Positions 60,496-64,000 of a stretch of 64,000 nucleotides of DNA are shown here, piece after piece. The number at the start of each line of letters is the position of its first letter. The stretch's first letter is position 1. The notes under the pieces are model-generated. The model worked only from the letters and a program-made list of their open reading frames with translations, made no database searches and was not told the origin of the DNA. This DNA is from an uncultured delta proteobacterium (GTDB lineage: Bacteria > Myxococcota > Myxococcia > SLRQ01). The stretch spans positions 224,001-288,000 of the forward strand of contig CAVSGM010000011.1 in NCBI GenBank assembly GCA_963727485.1, in the 5' to 3' direction. The position numbers were made by a program, and so were the translations under genes.

Positions 60496-61514
60496 GCGCC
60501 GGGCGCCTCGGCGATGAGCGGCTCCACGTCGATTGGCGGTACATGTGGAGGCCGGCTCGGAGCCCGTCCCGAGCCACGGCGTCCGCCACCGCCTCGCCCC
60601 GCAGGGCCCGGAGCGCCGCCAGGGGCAGGTTCACCCCCGCGTGGGCGTAGAGCCAGGGGCGCCCGGCGAGACGGGGGTTGATTCTCGGTCACCCGCGGGG
60701 CGCCGTCGGCGTCGCCTCGGAGGTCGACGCTGTAGACCCCGTGGGGCCGGTCGTCGATGGCCCGCACCGCACGCTCGGCGACGGCGTCGACCTCGGGCTC
60801 ACGCACGGTGCTGCAGAGCTTCACCTGGCCGGTCACCCCGGTGGGGACCAGGTCGGCGAGGAGGTACGACAGGCGCTCCATGGAGGCGCAGGCCACCCGC
60901 TGACCCTCGACGAAGACCGCCGACCAGTTGAAGTTCCGACCGGGGAGGAGGGTCTGGGCCATCCAGGGCTCCCCGGACGCGCCCCAGGCCGCCAGCCACC
61001 GCCGGGCCTCGGTGGCGTCGGCTGCGGCGAGGCTGCCCTTGCCGCTGGTGCCCACGCAGGGGCGGATCCACAGGGGGCTGCCCAGGGCCTCGAAGATGGC
61101 CTCGAGCTGGGCGGGGTCCCGGAAGGTCCGGGTCGCCGGGAAGGCCCCCGAGCCCGCCCCGGCGGCCTGGGTCCGGGCCTTGTCGAGGAGGAGGTCGAGC
61201 ACCGGGAGCGGCGCCAGCGCCGAGGGCACCGGGAGCGGGCGCCCCACCTGGCTCAACGCCGCCACCTCGAGGTCGAGGCCGACGAAGACGAAGTCCACCC
61301 CGGCCGCGGCCTCGCAGAGGGCGTCGACGTAGGCCCCGGCGTCCGCGCCCGCCGAGGGGAGTGACACCACCTCGTCGCAGAACCGCTCGCCGAGCCGCCG
61401 TCCCCAGGGGCTGGCGTCGGCACCGACGATCCGCAGGGTCGGGTCCTGGCGCAGGCACCGCGCCATGTCGATCCCCGGGCTCCCGCCGCAGCTGCTCACC
61501 AGCACCGTGGTCAT
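60492..61514 (-). CDS. ATP-grasp ligase; probably two compensating frameshifts (~60680, ~60533)
   Basis: DKART, PLWIRP..GTSGKG, QTLLPG, YSVDL. Restoring the frame gives TEINPRLAGRPWLYAHAGVNLP. Confidence 0.78.
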   Translation of the reverse strand: MTTVLVSSCGGSPGIDMARCLRQDPTLRIVGADASPWGRRLGERFCDEVVSLPSAGADAGAYVDALCEAAAGVDFVFVGLDLEVAALSQVGRPLPVPSALAPLPVLDLLLDKARTQAAGAGSGAFPATRTFRDPAQLEAIFEALGSPLWIRPCVGTSGKGSLAAADATEARRWLAAWGASGEPWMAQTLLPGRNFNWSAVFVEGQRVACASMERLSYLLADLVPTGVTGQVKLCSTVREPEVDAVAERAVRAIDDRPHGVYSVDLRGDADGAPRVTENQPPSRRAPLALRPRGGEPAPGGAPGPAGRGGGGRRGSGRAPSRPPHVPPIDVEPLIAEAPGA

Positions 61515-62989
61515 GGGTCCTCCCAGGGCACCAGGCGCCCGTCGCGAAACACGGGGACCACCTGGTGGGTGTCGAGCTGGGCGCAGTAGCGGACGTCCTC
61601 GGCGTAGCCGAGGCGGACCAGGTTGGCCCCCGAAGCCCCCCGGAAGAAGTCAGCCTCGAGACCGCGGGAGGCCCGCGGGACCGGGGCCTGGAGACGGGCG
61701 GTCGGCCCCATCGCCGCCAGGATCTCGCTCGCCGCCAGCTCATCCTCGAGGCACGCCTGGTTGTTGCGGCCGGCCATCAGCAGGGTGACCGGGCAGTCGC
61801 GCGCCTCGGCGAGGGCCAGGGCCCGGCGGCCCACGCTCCCGGCGTTGAGGGTGGTGCCGATGAGGACCAGGGCGTCCTCGCCGGCCGCCTCCAGGAGGCA
61901 CTCGGTGCCGTTGGTGGTGGTCAGCACCAGGGACCTGCCGGCGTAGGCCTCGCCCCGGGCGAGGAGCTCGGTGGGGCTGTTGCCGTGATCCAGCGTGGGG
62001 ATCTTGCGGCCCCCGCGCTCTCCGGCGGTGACGTCCCCGCGACACTCCTCGACCGAGGCCACCGCCCGCACCGAGCGCATCCCCATCTGAAGCGCGGTGA
62101 CGATGGTGGCGCTGGCCCGCAGGGCGTCGATGAGGACCACCACCCCGCCCCGGCCGCGGGCGGCGACGGCGCCGCTGACCCCCAGCTCCAGGAAGACCTT
62201 CACCCCGGGCATCTGGAAGTCCCGGAAGGTGTCCCCCCGGAGCCCGGTGCGCAGGGTCGCCAGGGAGAGGGCGTCGTCCGGGGCGATGTTGCCGAGGTTC
62301 ACCTGGTTGCCCAGGCGGCGGATCAGCCACACCTGCTGCGATTTGCGGGGGGCCTCGAATACCACCGCCGCCCGCCCCACGGCCTCGGTGATTCGGGCCA
62401 CCAGCTCCTCGATGGGCTCACCGGCCTCGTCGAAGATCCCCACGGTGCCCGACTCCCGGGCCTCGAGGATCACCCTCTCGGCCCCGGCGTCGAGCTCGGC
62501 CCGGAGGGCGGACACCCGCTCGGCGAGGCCAAGGCGGGCGTCGGCCTCGTGCTCCTTCTTGCCCACCTCGCTCCACACCGTGAGCCCCCGGGCCCGGGCG
62601 CGGTCGATGAGCCCGAGCTTCTCGTCCTCGGTCATGGGGTGGACGCCGTTGGAGACCTCCACCATGGGGAAGCCCAGCCGGACGGCCTCGTCGAGAAAGG
62701 CGTCGGCCCGGCCCTGGGCCAGGGCCACCTCGAGGAAGGTGCCGCCGGTGCAGGCCCGCACCTGGTGGGCCGCGAGGATGGCGAGCTTCTCCCGGACGAT
62801 CGTCTCGGGCTGGAGCCGTGCCGTCGCCCACCCGAGCTTGACCACGTCGATCCAGGGGTGGCTCACCGAGAGGAGGTCGGCGAGCCGCCCCGGACCCAGG
62901 CCCTTGTCGAGAACGGAGGTGATCCCGGTGAGGCGCGGCTTGGCCGGCAGCTCGGGGACGTCGATCATGGGGAACGCGTGACGACTCAT
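61511..62989 (-). CDS. Phosphosulfolactate synthase (ComA) - 2-phosphosulfolactate phosphatase (ComB) fusion
   Basis: ComA: KPRLTGITSVLDKG, KLGWAT, GGTFLE, EVSNG, SEVGKK, EARESG, FEAP, VNLGNI, LRTGLRGDT. ComB: IDALRASATI, AGERGG, GNSP, LTTTNGT, LED. Confidence 0.9.
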   Translation of the reverse strand: MSRHAFPMIDVPELPAKPRLTGITSVLDKGLGPGRLADLLSVSHPWIDVVKLGWATARLQPETIVREKLAILAAHQVRACTGGTFLEVALAQGRADAFLDEAVRLGFPMVEVSNGVHPMTEDEKLGLIDRARARGLTVWSEVGKKEHEADARLGLAERVSALRAELDAGAERVILEARESGTVGIFDEAGEPIEELVARITEAVGRAAVVFEAPRKSQQVWLIRRLGNQVNLGNIAPDDALSLATLRTGLRGDTFRDFQMPGVKVFLELGVSGAVAARGRGGVVVLIDALRASATIVTALQMGMRSVRAVASVEECRGDVTAGERGGRKIPTLDHGNSPTELLARGEAYAGRSLVLTTTNGTECLLEAAGEDALVLIGTTLNAGSVGRRALALAEARDCPVTLLMAGRNNQACLEDELAASEILAAMGPTARLQAPVPRASRGLEADFFRGASGANLVRLGYAEDVRYCAQLDTHQVVPVFRDGRLVPWEDP

Positions 62990-63228
62990 GGGATCTCGCC
63001 CTTGCGGAGCACGAAGACGTGCGCCATGGCGAGCGGCCAGCGTTCGCCGAGGAGCCGGTGGCCGGCGGTGGCGACGAGCTCGTTGGCGACCTGGAGACCC
63101 CGCCGCCAGTCGGGCTGGCGGCCGGATCGCGAGGGCACCACCGAGGTCAGGTGGAGGCCGGCGACCACCTCCGCCACCTGGGCGTATACCCGGGGGCGGG
63201 TCCCGGCCCCGCTGACCCGGCCGGTCAC
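62986..63228 (-). CDS. Small hypothetical protein (80 aa)
   Basis: Fills the gap exactly, with 4-bp overlaps to both neighbours (GTGA and ATGA). Confidence 0.55.
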   Translation of the reverse strand: MTGRVSGAGTRPRVYAQVAEVVAGLHLTSVVPSRSGRQPDWRRGLQVANELVATAGHRLLGERWPLAMAHVFVLRKGEIP

Positions 63229-63968
63229 TCCTCTCTACCTCGCTCCAGGAGCAGGTTGTTCCGGTAGTGGGCGACCGAGCGGTGACCCACGTAGACGTCC
63301 CGCACCGCCTTGAGGATCGACCTGGGGCGGAAGGCCTTGGAGCTGCCCTGGGTCCGGCCCCGGGCCACGAACCCGACCTCGCCGATGCGGAGCTTCGGGT
63401 CCCGGAGCAGGGCCTTGGCGATGAGCTCGGCGTTGAAGGCGTGCCCCGAGGACACCACCTCGATTCCCCGGAGGCACCGGGCGCGGTAGAGCTTCATCCC
63501 GTTGAGGTAGCGGTAGGGGAAGCCGTAGAGGAAGGCGCTCACGCTGGTGAAGGACTGGGAGGCGATGCGCCGGGGGATGGTGCGGATCACCGGGTTCTTG
63601 AGGTAGCCGAGGATCAGGTCGTAGCCGGCCCGCACCGCGAGGAAGTCCCGGATGGACTCGAAGAGGAACTCGTTGTCACCGGGGAGCACGGTCACCCAGC
63701 TGCTGGGGTCCACGGCCTCGAGGGCCTGGAGCACCGAGCGGCCGACGCCGAGGTTCTCCGGGTTCTGGCGCATCCGCACCCCGGGGTGCCGCTCGCAGAG
63801 CGCGCGCATCCGGTCCGCGGTCCGGTCGGCGGAGCCGTCGTCGACCAGGACCAGCTCCAGGTCCACGTCCAGGGTGGGGGCCACGGCGTGCACGGCGTCG
63901 ACCGTGTCCTCGATGTTCTCCGCCTCGTTCAGACAGGGGATGATCACGGTGAGGAGGTCACGGGGCAT
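63225..63968 (-). CDS. GT2 glycosyltransferase, polyprenol-phosphate (DPM1/ArnC-like) type
   Basis: VIIPCLNE, VDDGSAD, NLGVG, R..GSSK. Confidence 0.88.
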   Translation of the reverse strand: MPRDLLTVIIPCLNEAENIEDTVDAVHAVAPTLDVDLELVLVDDGSADRTADRMRALCERHPGVRMRQNPENLGVGRSVLQALEAVDPSSWVTVLPGDNEFLFESIRDFLAVRAGYDLILGYLKNPVIRTIPRRIASQSFTSVSAFLYGFPYRYLNGMKLYRARCLRGIEVVSSGHAFNAELIAKALLRDPKLRIGEVGFVARGRTQGSSKAFRPRSILKAVRDVYVGHRSVAHYRNNLLLERGREE

Positions 63969-64000
63969 CGGTCGTCACTGCTCTGCAGGCGTGCCCGTCC

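Noticed and set aside
61511..62989. Coenzyme M biosynthesis
   Set aside because: No comC/comD/comE in the window and the context is glycosylation; cannot be excluded genome-wide.
1..64000. CRISPR array or cas operon, prompted by the Cas4-like nuclease
   Set aside because: No repeat-spacer array and no cas1/cas2 seen by eye.

Overview
High-GC bacterial chromosome segment. The gene content (cysteine-rich lipoprotein, short HisG, murA-prmC-prfA block) suggests Myxococcota or another deltaproteobacterium; this is inference. Many genes carry single-base frameshifts, including housekeeping prmC, so most are probably sequencing or assembly indels. (1) 1-20 kb is a defence-island-like region. A translationally coupled minus-strand operon encodes a ~1800-aa DEAH helicase with DUF1998, a RelE-like/UvrD helicase fusion, an SNF2 helicase and an N6-adenine methyltransferase (DISARM class I-like, no DrmC seen), followed by a cryptic HEPN/AbiJ-like gene. 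Divergent from it is a coupled three-gene operon: a Cas4/RecB-type Fe-S nuclease, an unknown protein and a Upf1/Dna2-type SF1B helicase, resembling a split Dna2/TM0106 machine. (2) 20-23 kb holds an RluA-like gene lacking the catalytic Asp, an IS3 orfA remnant, SufE and rhodanese fragments, a lipoprotein hydrolase and tRNA-Gly(CCC). (3) 23-54 kb is mostly core genes (hisG, murA, prmC, prfA, cdd, moaDE, ABC exporter pair, maeB, uvrA) plus two tandem paralog pairs. (4) 54-64 kb is two convergent glycosylation operons: GT-C, epimerase, DegT aminotransferase, nucleotidyltransferase/kinase and flippase-like protein on the plus strand; GT2, a small ORF, a ComA-ComB fusion and an ATP-grasp ligase on the minus strand. 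Together they suggest an Arn-like pathway making a sulfolactylated amino sugar. The best candidates for undescribed systems are the three-gene nuclease/helicase operon (15790-19794) and the sulfolactate-glycan cluster (54041-63968).
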